A DNA stretch of 64,000 bases from Octopus vulgaris (lineage: Eukaryota). The notes beneath the pieces are model-generated. The model saw only the letters and a program-made list of their open reading frames with translations. It was not told the DNA's origin and searched no databases. The stretch lies in NCBI GenBank assembly GCA_951406725.2, contig OX597833.1:28024001-28088000 (forward strand), in the 5' to 3' direction. Shown piece by piece: positions 15,998 through 28,947 of this stretch; position 1 is the first letter of the stretch; the number at the start of each line of letters is the position of its first letter. Made by a program: the position numbers and the translations under genes.

Positions 15998-16214
15998 ACT
16001 ATATATAACATTAAATAAATTTATATCAACTTGTAAAAAGCCGAATGTAAGTCTCATAAGAATTTAAAATTCACCCTCACCTTCGCCTTGATTTCAAAAT
16101 TTTAATTAATTACCCAAGAAATGGAATCCCTGGCCTATGGTCAAAGAAATTCTCGTCCAAAAGAATAGTAAAATGATGAGATTCACTTTACTCCAAAGTC
16201 TTTAAAAATGTTCA

Positions 16215-16620
16215 ATACGAAAAGATGTCGTAACACATGGTTTTATCCACTCTTGGCTCTAAATGTCAAAAGCCCTGCAGCTAAATATAGTTCTCGTTGA
16301 TATGCACTTCCTATTGAATCAAAGGTATCTTAAGTTATCCAATCGCAACAAAATCAAGGTCAGCTACCCTTTCACGACCAGCATTAAAAATATCTTATGT
16401 AAACAATTAAACAATTTAAGTTCTAAATAAATAAAAAAAAAGAAGATAATATACGTACAAACATTAGTTATTACCACTTAAATATTACTGTCATAGGAAA
16501 ATAGTAATATGACTGAAGGAAATTTCAAAAGTCGCCGATACAATCACACTTCTGAAGCGAAGTAAATAGGAACACTAAGCCTTTTCAGTTATTTGCGAAA
16601 AATCAAATGACTACATAAAA
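16215..16620 (+). pseudogene. Penelope-like element relic (linker to GIY-YIG endonuclease)
   Basis: TWFYPLLALNVKS...LVDMHF (cf. WFNPPFSxNVKT...LIDKHF), NRNKIKVSY and MTEGNFKSR..YNHTS are Penelope-type motifs; heavily decayed. Confidence 0.6.
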
Positions 16621-17189
16621 GCTTCTTTGCTGACTCATGTGGTCTTTCTTTTATAGACAGAAAGGCGTTTGTTTAATATGGTTTGGTTGCTACACTGAAT
16701 ACATTGAAGGTTGCTCATTGGCTCGTTATTGTAATTTCAATTTTTCAGTTGACGTTGCTGTTTAGCCCTGCGCCACATCTGATGCACAAGACCTATAATC
16801 AAAGATATTCCATCCATAAACATCAGTCCCATTTCAGATATTCTCCATCTAAGACTTCAGTATTTAGGACATCCTTTCCGTTTCTTTTTAAAGATAGTAG
16901 TGCAATCTCTAGGAGATTTGACTGCTATTTCCAGCAGGACAAGTGAAAACATTGTCAATGGTGGTTCTCTCGTTAATGGCGTTGATGTCACTTCTGCTGC
17001 TGTAGATGTTTTTGTCGTTGTTGTTGTTGCTGCTGCTGCTACACTTGCTTTTGTTGTTGCTGTCTCCAAAGACTAATTAGAGTGTTTCAACTGCCATAAA
17101 TGTCTCAACACACTTCATTTAAACATGACACACTAGGGTGGATGGGATATAGATGCAGTTTGCTATATTACAGTAATTGTTGTTGTCAC

Positions 17190-17930
17190 AATGATGATGA
17201 TGATGGTGGTGGTGGTGGTGGTGACGGCGTCGGCGATAGTGATGATAGTGACAGGGATCGTTGTGGCAATGGTATTGTTGTTAAAGTGGTAATGGTGGTG
17301 TGAGGTGAAGGACTATTGTGGTGACGACATTGTAGCTGTAGTTGTGATGGTGATGATGAGGAGGAGGAGGGGGGATAATGATGGTGATGATGATGATGGT
17401 GGTGGTGGTGGTGGTGGTGGTTGTGGTGGTGATGGTGGTGATAGTGGTGGTGATGATGAGGGGGGGGGGGATAATGATGGTGATGATGATGGTGGTGGTG
17501 GTGGTGGTGGTGGTGGTGGTGGTGGTGGTGGTTGTGGTGGTGATGGTGGTGATAGTGGTGGTGATGATGATGAGGGTCATGATGGTGATGATGATGGTGA
17601 TGATCAAAATCATCATCATAACCAGCAGCAGCAGCATAACGTTAGTTTTGTTGCGATGAGACATTGATACGGTGGTGGCGGCGGCGGCGGTGGTGGTGGC
17701 GGTGGCGGCGGTGGTGGTGGTGGTGGTGGTGGTGGTGGTGGTGGTGGTGGTGGTGGTTGCGGTGACAGTGGTGGTGGTAGTGGCGGGTTAGTGATGGTGA
17801 TTGGTGACAGGGAGGAGGATATTTGTATGGGCGGATAATAATAAGTTCTGGAAATCGTGGGTAGCGATACTATTTTTTGGTGGTGGACGGTGATGGGGAT
17901 GATGATGATGATCATGATGATGATGATGAT
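17190..17930. repeat. Compound (GAT)/(GGT)/(GGC) microsatellite field with a higher-order duplication at about 17370-17580
   Basis: GGGGATAATGATGGTGAT...GGTTGTGGTGGTGATGGTGGTGATAGTGGTGGTGATGATGA occurs twice in tandem. Confidence 0.9.
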
Positions 17931-18419
17931 GTTGAAAGTATATTTAGTGATGTTAGTAATAGCGATGCTGGTGAAAGCGGACGCGAGCGGGGGTTAATGG
18001 TAGCGGTGAGAGTGATGGTAGTACTGATGGTGGTGTCCTTTATAGTTGTAATAACAATGATAGTTCAGCTTGTTGTTGTTGTTGTTGTTTTATTTGTTTT
18101 TGTTCCTACAAACATTGTTCTTATGTAGCAATTCCGATTGTTGCAGTTGTTGCTGTTGTTGGAATGTAAATTATTATTTACCGTCGTTGTTGATCTCCCG
18201 GTTTATATTATGATTATTGTAGTTGTTGTTGTTGTTATGGGTGCATTTATTGGTTTGTTTTGTTTTGTTTTGTTTTTTTACTTTTTGTTGTTGTTGTTGT
18301 TGCTATAGCTACCTGAAGCTATTAGAATCATTAAATGCTAGTCTTTTTATACCTTACATTATTCAAGATTTCATAACAGACAACAACAACCATTAAAATA
18401 ACAACAAAGACCAACGCAC

Positions 18420-18549
18420 GTACATATCTGTATGTAGAAATATGTACGTATGTGATTGTGTGTATGTGTGTGTGCGTGTATGTGTGTGTGCGTGTGCGTG
18501 GAATAGTGTTCTAACACATCCTTTTGATACAGACATACACCAACATATA

Positions 18550-18590
<41 letters not shown>

Positions 18591-18634
18591 CACGTACATA
18601 TATATATATAGCACACATGCATATACGTATATAA

Positions 18635-18683
<49 letters not shown>

Positions 18684-18784
18684 CATATATATATACATGT
18701 ACATATATATAGACATATCATAATACAATCTGATATATATATACATATATATAAATACATATACATCTACATTAACGTATATAA

Positions 18785-18832
<48 letters not shown>

Positions 18833-18853
18833 GTATATAAACATATATGTGTG

Positions 18854-18887
<34 letters not shown>

Positions 18888-18956
18888 CGTACATATGTAT
18901 ATATAAACGTGTAAGAGTCTACAAGTGCATATATATAGGTACATATATTGTACATA

Positions 18957-19007
<51 letters not shown>

Positions 19008-19020
19008 GTGTGTGTGTATG

Positions 19021-19062
<42 letters not shown>

Positions 19063-19434
19063 AACGTGTTGGAAGAGTCTGCAAGTGCAGGTGCGTATGT
19101 AACCAGTTATAAATGGCTGGATATATCCATATGAAAGAATACATGTGTGTGTGTCTTTGCACATATGTGTATAATAAGTAGTTACATATTTGTATATACG
19201 TATTTATGTGTCTTCTGTGTGCATGCTTATATGCTTGTATGTGTGTGTGTGTGTGTTTGCGTGTGTGATGTACATGTATTTTCTGTGGTGTGCGTGCGCG
19301 TATTGCGTCTAAAATATTTGAGTCCATTTTTTTCTACTTTGTAGAGAGGGACACACTTTCTAATGTATTTTCAGTAATGATCAGTCAATTATATATACAT
19401 ACATTTCTCTGTGCGTTACATACATATATATATG

Positions 19435-19468
<34 letters not shown>

Positions 19469-19470
19469 CC

Positions 19471-19511
<41 letters not shown>

Positions 19512-19792
19512 CTATGTGTGTGTGTGTATACATACATACATAAATATGTGTGCGCGTGAGTGTATGTCCGTGTGTGAGCATGTGCTTCTGTGTGTGTTTT
19601 ATGTGTACATGCTTGTGTGAATGGATGGATGGATGGATGGATGGATGGATGGATGGGTGGGTGAATGGATGTGACTGCGAAAATAATATATCTGTCAAAG
19701 AGAATGGAATTGAGAGGTAATGCGCATTTAAATATTTAGTATATTATATACATACATATCTATCTATCTCTCTTATTAGCTAGCTGTCTACC

Positions 19793-19866
<74 letters not shown>

Positions 19867-19986
19867 ATATGTATATATATATATATGTATGTATATATAT
19901 AGATATATATGTAGGTGTATATATATATATATATATATATGTAGGTGTATATATATATATATATAGATAGATAGATAGATAGATAG

Positions 19987-20071
<85 letters not shown>

Positions 20072-20110
20072 TATTTATATATATATATATTATATATATA
20101 CACACACACG
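18420..20110. repeat. Extended (TA)n/(TG)n/(GATA)n/(GA)n/(GGAT)n microsatellite field
   Basis: Direct reading. Confidence 0.93.
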
Positions 20111-20484
20111 TACAGGCGTATATATAATGACTTCGTCCGTGCAACGTCTGTAAGTGTATTGGAGAATATATGAAAATATTCACATGTGTGCTTGTTTGTG
20201 AGTGTGAATATGCGTATGTGTGTCTACGTGTGTGTGCGCGTGCGTGTGTGTGTATATGTTTCTATTCTTGTTCATTGTGGCATTGATATATATGTGCGTG
20301 TTCAATATATATCTCATGTTTGTGTGTGTATGTGTGCGTGCGTGTGTGTGTGTGCGTGTGTATTGCACGATGACGGAGGCAGTGAGGGGGGAAGAGAAGG
20401 AGAGAGAAAAGAGTGTGAGGAGCATTGCGTCGCTGCCTGTAGTTTGATGAAAGACACGCCCGCACGCACGTACGCACACACACA

Positions 20485-20516
<32 letters not shown>

Positions 20517-21094
20517 GCAACATACACAAACAAACACAAGCATGCAAAAGCATATACACATTCATACAAAAACAGCAACAACAACAACGGCGGCAGTAGC
20601 AGCAGCAGCAACATTAGAATTGAGACAACACAGGGAGCCATGCAGAAACAACACACTATTACACTATTACACACAGATCAGCCAATCAGCAGCGATGTAT
20701 TTGTAACCAGTTCTTCTCCTCCCACCACCACCTAATCTGTGATTGTTACCCTGTCAGACGCAATGTTCGCCTGTGATTTCACGTGAACGCGCCTGACGAC
20801 GTACGGTGGTTGTATGGGTTTATTGTTCGGTTAATGACAGCGGGGGCTGTATTTATACATACATACATAAATATATCTATATGTACATATAAATGCATGC
20901 ACACACACACACGCACACACACACACACACACACACAACACAGACTTATCTATGCACACTATATAATATGTATGCATATAAGAACACCTAAAAAGAATAA
21001 CGCCGGGTGACAGACAATGCAATGTACAAACACGTACAACCGTCCACGCATTTTATGTGAGTGTGGATGTGTGGATGTGTGTGTGTGTGTGTGT

Positions 21095-21128
<34 letters not shown>

Positions 21129-21307
21129 CTGTGTACATATGCATACATAGATTCATAAATATATACTCGCACATATACACATGTATATACGGACATACAT
21201 TTACATATGTATACATATATACATAGGTATACGCGTTCATATATGCGTATGGATACAAATGGATTTATATTTATGTATAATATATACATATAGATAGATG
21301 GACAGAG

Positions 21308-21383
<76 letters not shown>

Positions 21384-21411
21384 GCAGATATTTATATAAT
21401 TTATATACACA

Positions 21412-21717
21412 GGCGTAGGAGTAGCTGTGTGGTAAGTAGCTTGCTTACGAACCACATGGTTCCGGGTTCAGTCCCACTGCGTTTATATATATATGTATAT
21501 GTGTGTAAATGTTTGTGTGTCTGTGTTTGTCCCCCAACATCGCTTGACAACCGATGCTGGTGTGTTTACGTCCCCGGAACCTAGTGGTTCAGCAAAAGAA
21601 ACCGATGGAATAAGTACTAGGCTTACAAAGAATAAGTCCTGGGGTCGATTAGCTCGACTAAAGGCAGTGCTCCAGCATGGCCACAGTCACTTGACTGAAA
21701 CAAGTAAAAGAGTAAAA
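21412..21717 (+). mobile_element. tRNA-derived SINE family A, internally deleted
   Basis: Head GCTGTGTGGTAAG (A-box-like) and GGTTCAGTCCC (B-box-like); tail CAGCATGGCCACAGTCACTTGACTGAAACAAGTAAAAGAG. Confidence 0.9.
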
Positions 21718-21803
21718 AATATAGATGGATAAACTGGCAAAATGACCATTCCGAAATATAATAATATCTGTTTCAACACACGACTTCACATAAAAAATCT
21801 TGC

Positions 21804-21855
<52 letters not shown>

Positions 21856-21861
21856 TATATA

Positions 21862-22000
21862 TACGGCAGGCTTCTTTCAGTTTTCGCCTACCAAATCCAT
21901 TCACAAGGTTTTGGTCGGCTCGAGGCTATAGTGGAAGACACTTGCCCAAGTGGAACTGAACCCGGAACCATGTGGTTAGCAAGCAAGCTTCTTACCACAG
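21862..22000 (-). mobile_element. SINE family A, 5' half
   Basis: Matches 50680-50830. Confidence 0.85.
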
Positions 22001-22188
22001 TCACATTAAATTCTGCATTATTTTGAAGAATTTCTGTATTTTGCAGGCATGTAACGAATTTATTTATTATTATATACAATATGAATTATTTACATGTTTC
22101 TAAGTTACGAAACAGTTTGTTGTCAGATTAAAATTTCTTATTATTTGATAAAATTTCATCAACATATTTCTTTATCATCTATGACTTT

Positions 22189-22292
<104 letters not shown>

Positions 22293-22984
22293 TATGTGTG
22301 TATGTGTGTATGTATGTATGTATAACTTGTTTTAAATCTCTGAGCGGGATATATAGAGTAACAGTACTGGATAGTAATATTTATATGCCAACAGAATGTG
22401 GCAGTCCTTTAAAGGACGATGTTACTGTTGTTTTCGCCCCAGGAAAACATCTTTTGTGTCCCGAGCATTTTTAAAGTGTGGAAATATACACCGGTGTGGG
22501 ACACACTGTTCCATGGTCGACTCTTATTTCTGTGAATCTATGTGGAAAATGAGATAGGAGAAAGATATTTTATTTTATAAAATCCTTTCGTTCTTGAGTT
22601 TTTTAACTAATAAATGTTTGTTTTAAGCAACGTTTTGACTGTTATTTCTAGCAACCGCTGTTAGCTTGCTCGTAGCTTTTAAACATTTAATTTACTCGCG
22701 GATGTTTTAATGTTTTTCACTGTTTACTGTAGCTAGATTAATGTTCTGACATGCCGGTGCCACCCGACTCGCTACAGTGACAGATGACGGAAGAGGCAGC
22801 AAACGCGCTGTTTTCTGATTGGCTGAAAATTATCAAAATTATCCAAATTTTTCTGGAATAAATGAATAATAAATTTGGATTCAGCATCAAAGATTACATC
22901 TATATGATATATCAAAACCATTTTTTTAAAGGTTTCGACATGCAGTAAACGATAACCACAAGACCGCCTAGTACTCTCGGACCC

Positions 22985-23070
22985 TTTTCCCGAATCACTA
23001 GGTTACGGGGACCTAAATACACAAACACCAGTTGTCAAGCGGTGACGGGGACAAAGACAAACATATATAT

Positions 23071-23112
<42 letters not shown>

Positions 23113-23262
23113 AGCGTCTTCCAGTTTGGTCTACCAAATCCATTCACAAGGCTTTGGTCGGCCCGAGGGTGTAGCAAAAGACACTTGCCCAACGTGCCAC
23201 GCAATGGGACTGAGCCCGGAACCATGTGGTTATGAAGCAAGCTTCTTACCATACAGCCACGC
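22985..23262 (-). mobile_element. SINE family A
   Basis: Matches 50540-50835. Confidence 0.87.
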
Positions 23263-23265
23263 AAA

Positions 23266-23777
23266 TCTATATATATAAAACTGTAGTTGTGTGAGTGTCT
23301 GTCCCCTTCGATTTAGATTCCTAACTACTCCCACATTTTGCGGTGCAGTTTAGCCAAATTCGGGTATCTTATAGTCGTGATTCATATCGAGCCCGTCTGA
23401 GTATTAGCGCGCGTCTACGATGAGTCTACGATTTTAAAAATAATTTAACATCATTTTTTATTCCATTTTAATGCATAATTTTTCGTGTGTCGATGGCGGC
23501 GGACTTGGCGTCCATGGTCACACCTGCACCTGTTTGCTTCTCCCCCTTCTTCCCTCCCTCGTGAAGCTGTGGGGAAGGGAGTGTAAGGAAATCAACGTCG
23601 TAAAGCGTTGTCAATGAGACCAGCGTTCTTTTAGAACAACGACTTCATGGCTTGAAGACACCAAAACAGAAATGGCTAAGAAAGCCCAAATTGGCATCTA
23701 TAAGGGAAGTAACTCTCTAAAAATGCTTATATAGTTATTTCCCTTACAAACCGAGCAACGCCGGGCGATACTGCTAG
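23266..23777 (+). mobile_element. Non-autonomous Helitron
   Basis: A|TC 5' end, 3' GC-rich hairpin (CCGAGCAACGCCGGG) followed by CTAG|T; inserted between A and T with no TSD. Confidence 0.85.
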
Positions 23778-24971
23778 TATATAATAAAACTGAAATGTAA
23801 ACAAACAACTGATATCAACTCAGTTTATGATGTTTATATACTTTTGCGTGTGGACTCCCTCTGTTTCATATTTTATTCGTTTGGACACTCCTAACCATTC
23901 CACGTTTTATTAAATCATATTATATTATATTATTAGGAATTGTATAAAATTTTTTTGACATTTTGTGTATTGTAGAAGTATAACCAATTTATTGAAGATA
24001 AATTTTAACGACCAAGTCTTATATGAACCCTGGTTGAGAACCACTGATTTAAACAATGACACTACCAAAGGCTAGACACGAATGTTTTCGTTTTTCTTTT
24101 TTTATGGCCGTGTTCCAACCCGGGCCGCAGCGAGGGAGTCCACCAGTCACACTTCTCGGTCCAACATCACTGCCTCGAGGTCCTGGATACATTCCAGGCC
24201 AGTCTCTTCGACCAAGTAGTCGTTGTAAGTGTAATAACATTTTCCGCTTCTTTCATAGATACATACATATACGTATATATATATATTAACACAGAGATAA
24301 TACACATACATTATATATATGTACGGTTGGACACTTATTTTTGGACATTTATTTTTCAATCACTACAATTATTTCCATGCAACGTAGTTCTCCAAGAGTG
24401 CAGGTACTTGATTATGTAACCGCTTTCCTGCCTTATGAGATCTAGTTGTGTTTCCTCAGGCGATATGTAAATATTGTCTCCCTAAATTTAAAATCCTCGG
24501 CTTAAAGAACACCCTCTCGCTCTGTCGTGGCCTGAATTTAGTAGTAATCACTGAGTTTATCAGGTGTGTTGTTGCTGAAGGACCATTGGCAAATTACTTT
24601 GAAAATGTAGATGTAGTGGGATGGTGATTCTGCTACTGTTAAACTGGTTGCCGTTTGAAAGGGATTGGCATTTGGTTTCTTTGTAGTGTTGATTTGTTCT
24701 TCATTGTAGGTTACACATGCATATCCCCTTGGCTGACATTTAAGAATCAGCCTATACGCACACACACATGGTCGTTCACATATACATCTATATAGGTACT
24801 AACGCTCGGACACATACATGCACGCGCACGCACACACACACACACACATATATATACACGCACACGGATATGAACGCACTCTCACATATATACACATATA
24901 CAAATATATGTATATATATACACATGTACGCATGCATATACATAGGTGTGCGTGTGTGTGTATGTACATAT

Positions 24972-25248
24972 CTGGCACTCCATCGGTTACGACGACGAGG
25001 GTTCCAGTTGATCCGATCAACAGAACAGCTTGCTCGTGAAATTAACGTGCAAGTGGGTGAGCACTCCATAAACACGCATACCCTTAACGTACTTCCCTGG
25101 GAACTTCAACGTGACAAGGCTAGGTACGACTTATTCTTGCCAGCTGAGTGAACTGGAGCAGCGTGAAATAAAGTGTCTTGCTTAAGGAATTGAACTCCCA
25201 ACCTTACGATCGTGAGCCGAATGCCCTAACCACTAAGCCACGCACCTT

Positions 25249-25250
<2 letters not shown>
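24972..25250 (-). mobile_element. tRNA-derived SINE family D
   Basis: Minus-strand head GAAGGTGCGTGGCTTAGTGGTTAGGGCATTCGGC; body CACTTGCACGTTAATTTCACGAGCA shared with 38615-38895. Confidence 0.85.
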
Positions 25251-25294
<44 letters not shown>

Positions 25295-25311
25295 TAGATA
25301 GATAGATAGAT

Positions 25312-25344
<33 letters not shown>

Positions 25345-25486
25345 TAGATAGATAGATAGATACATACATACATACATACATACATACATACATACATACA
25401 TACATACATACATACATACATACATACATACATACATACATACATACATACATGCATACATACATACAAACATACATACACAAAAC

Positions 25487-25520
<34 letters not shown>

Positions 25521-25524
<4 letters not shown>

Positions 25525-25790
25525 CGGGAAGCTTTATGAAAATAGACAAAAGACGAAGGCAGGTAGGAAACAAACAAACAATTGTATTAGTATGGCGCTC
25601 AGGAAATATAAATAAAACAAGTCTTTAACGTTTCGAGCCTACGCTCTTCAACAGAAAGATACACAGAGAGAAAAAAAAACACAGAAAGAAGGAGAGAAAA
25701 AAATGCGTGCAGTAACTAACGAATCAACATGGCGATCTGATTTCGGCCAGAGGTCAAAGATCAAACATGAGACGCGAGAGCAAAATAAGG
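25521..25790 (-). mobile_element. Penelope-like terminal-repeat fragment abutting (TA)n, with a variant hammerhead-like motif
   Basis: Minus strand TCTTT-CTGTTGAA-GAGC-gtag-GCTC-GAAA-CGTTAAAGA at 25659-25622; homologous to 7700-7830. Confidence 0.55.
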
Positions 25791-26104
25791 GGAGATAATA
25801 GGGTTGATAATAGGGTTGAATGACCAGCTATTAGTGCGTAGGAGAGGTCTGGACGTGTGTATGTATAGGGTTGGTGTATGTATTAGTATGTATTAGTATG
25901 TATAAGGGTGTGTGTGTGTGTGTATGAGAGAGTATTAGTGCGTATGATAGGTCTGGACGTGCGTATGTATGGGGTTGGTGTATGTATTAGTATGGCACAT
26001 CATATATGATGTGATGTGTAAAGTCGTGTGGTGTAGTGTGGAGAGAGGAAAAGAGGGGGAGGGGGAGAAGAGGGGGGAGAGGGGGAAGAGGAGAGGAGGG
26101 GGCG

Positions 26105-26154
<50 letters not shown>

Positions 26155-26276
26155 CGTGGATACATTCATTCAAGCATACTACACACGAAGTCAAGCATGC
26201 ATACGTACATATAGAAATACAATCTGATACATGCGCACATGTATAGTGGGAAGCGCAGAGGTAGAGAGTTCATTGA

Positions 26277-26307
<31 letters not shown>

Positions 26308-26313
<6 letters not shown>

Positions 26314-26530
26314 TACTGTGTTGTATCTGGAAAATGCAAATTCGGCGCGGTTGCAACATCTTGCTATTTTCTCAGCATGCTTGTTTACCAAGGTATCGTA
26401 ACTTAACAGAATGCACAAGGCTTTCTCGAGGCACAGGCCACATACGCCAGATGATATATTATATGGGTGTGCATTTTTTTTATAATTGACCATTCTATTT
26501 CATATTTTATCTTTCCTTCTTTTAATCTCC
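26308..26530 (-). pseudogene. Penelope-like GIY-YIG C-terminal fragment
   Basis: EWSII...PYNISSGVCGLCLEKALCIL...LVNKHAEKIARCC resembles the Penelope C-terminal WxI...Y...CxLCLxEK...LNKRxE...C pattern. Confidence 0.7.
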
Positions 26531-27209
26531 ATATTAGGCCCGCTAGTGATGTTGCTTGTCACAGACTTATCTTTCGGAACGACGAGATATGGTTGCAATA
26601 ACGGACATTCAATAGGTTTTCGGAGACTCATAATTCGATAAAGGTATTTATGGCCGGTGTATGGGGTTACCCTGGGTTTCGCGTCCATAAAGCGCTTTAT
26701 GGACATGAGTAACTTCATCATAACAATCTCTATCTAAATACTCTACTGCCCTATAACTTAGAGTTTGCTTCTCTTTCGGATTTATGATTTACTGACGATA
26801 CATACATACATGCATACATACTACGGGCTTCTACAGAGTTTCCAAATTCACTCACCAGACATTGGTCGGCTAGGGTTGTAGTGTCGCGCAGCAGAACTGG
26901 ATCCGAAGCCACGTAGTTCCAAATCAGGCTTCTTAGCCACAAAACTATGCCTGCGTGCGTATGTATATGTGTGTGTGCGTGTGTGTGTATGTATATGTGT
27001 TTATACAAACATACTTACATACTTGTGTGTGATTGTGCGTGTGTATGTGTGTGCGTGTGTGTATGCATATATATATATATATACACAGATAAATATTCAT
27101 ATAAAAAGTATACGTTGCTTATATATATTTGCATACATATATACGTATGTCCGTGTATGTATACATCCATTCTTACATTCATACATACATACATGCATGC
27201 ATACATACA

Positions 27210-27243
<34 letters not shown>

Positions 27244-27675
27244 CATTACATACATACATTACATACATACATACATACATACATACATGCATACATGCAT
27301 ACATGAGAATGAGTGTACATTTGAAATCATAATTATAAGACATTGCTTTGACGCCTAATTTAATTGGCTTACGGTTATTCATGATGTTCTTCATGTCGTC
27401 TCCATTCTTATCACCATTCTTGCCGTTGACTTTGTTCTTGGCACTGTAGTTGTTGTTGCTGTTTTAGCGTTGTTGTTCTGGTTGTTGTTGCTGTTGTTGT
27501 TTCACTAAAAGAATAGAAGTGTAAATGTTCCGTTGATTAATGAATTATAATGATCTGTCTTTCTCTGGGAGCGGAGGAACGAGTGTATGTTTGGACTATA
27601 TATATATATATATATATATATATCGTTTTGGGATTTGGTTTACAAGATTCTTTATATGAGTTCGTGTGTTGAAGC

Positions 27676-27849
27676 ATATTCTGTTGTGTCTGGGGAGAGT
27701 CATTTTCTTTTTGTGCCTTATAATCTAAAACACTCACGGGTAAAAATTTAGGAAAATAAAAATAAGGAATAAGTGGAAATTTTACCGGTGAGTATGTTAA
27801 ATTATAAGGCACAAAAAGAAAATGACTCTCCCCCAGACACAACAGTATG
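27676..27849. repeat. Inverted repeat, arms about 73 bp (27676-27748 / 27777-27849), spacer about 28 bp
   Basis: GGGGAGAGTCATTTTCTTTTTGTGCCTTATAAT is the reverse complement of ATTATAAGGCACAAAAAGAAAATGACTCTCCCC. Confidence 0.92.
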
Positions 27850-27896
27850 TGTGTGTGTGTGTGTGTGTGTATACGTATGTATGTATGTATATGTAC

Positions 27897-27927
<31 letters not shown>

Positions 27928-28039
27928 TGTATGTATGTATGTATGTATGTATGTATGTATAAATGTATATGTATATATGTACAAGTATATATGTGTGTGT
28001 GTATATATATATATATGTGTCTGTGTATGTGTGTATATG

Positions 28040-28090
<51 letters not shown>

Positions 28091-28124
28091 TCAAAATAAG
28101 CAACAAGAATATCTTCGGTAATTA

Positions 28125-28207
28125 GGTACGATCGTTTCACGCTACATCATTTTATTAAACATTGTAAGTATTACAGCAGTTTTAAAATGCTGAGCAATCA
28201 TCAGCCA
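28125..28207 (-). ncRNA. Minimal type-I hammerhead ribozyme motif, left arm copy
   Basis: Reverse complement TGG-CTGATGA-[helix II]-GAAA-CGATCG-TA-CC. Confidence 0.55.
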
Positions 28208-28689
28208 TTTATAGAGGTTTTCCATTAATACATATAATTATTTTCATGTTAATCGATAACATTATAAAGAGGGTAGATACACAGACAGAGATGTTGATTT
28301 GAATGTTAAGAACATTAAGGTGTTAGAATTGATCTTCTGACTGAAGAGTTTCTTTAAGTTATTTTGATCTGCAAGAAAGTGGGGAGGGATATTCTGTTGA
28401 ATGGAGACAATATAATCCCCCTTCCACTTTAATTTCTTCAGGAATAACTTCTGACATTTATTTCACCCCTACCTATTTCTATAAATAGAAAATCTCTTTT
28501 GTCTCCATTCAACCGAATATCCCTCCCCACTTTCTTGCAGATCAAAATAACTTCAGTCAGAAGATCAATTCTAACACCTTAATGTTCTTAACATTCAAAT
28601 CAACATCTCTGTCTGTATATCTACCCTCTTTATAATGTTATCGATTAACATGAAAATAAGTACATGTATTGATGGAAAACCTCTTTAAA

Positions 28690-28761
28690 TGGCTGATGAT
28701 TGCTCAACATTTTAAAACTGTTGTAATACTTAAAATGATGTAGCGTGAAACGATCGTACCA
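28690..28761 (+). ncRNA. Minimal type-I hammerhead ribozyme motif, right arm copy
   Basis: TGG-CTGATGA-ttgctcaaCATTTTAA...TTAAAATGatgtagcgt-GAAA-CGATCG-TA-CCA; helix I is only 3 bp and the base of helix II is U.U. Confidence 0.6.
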
Positions 28762-28877
28762 AATTACAGAAGATATTCTTGTTGCTTATTTTGATTATAA
28801 TCACCCCATGGATTTATATGGATAACACCGTACAAAATTCTGGTGCATCTGACTTAAGTACCATTTTCATTTGAATC

Positions 28878-28931
<54 letters not shown>

Positions 28932-28947
28932 CATATATTTACATATA

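Larger units (their letters stand above)
28091..28794. mobile_element. Fold-back module (arms 28091-28410 / 28499-28794), Penelope-like inverted pLTR pair
   Basis: Arms are highly similar reverse complements differing by scattered substitutions and two 12-bp indels. Each arm carries a hammerhead-like core; flanked by (TA)n. Confidence 0.85.
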
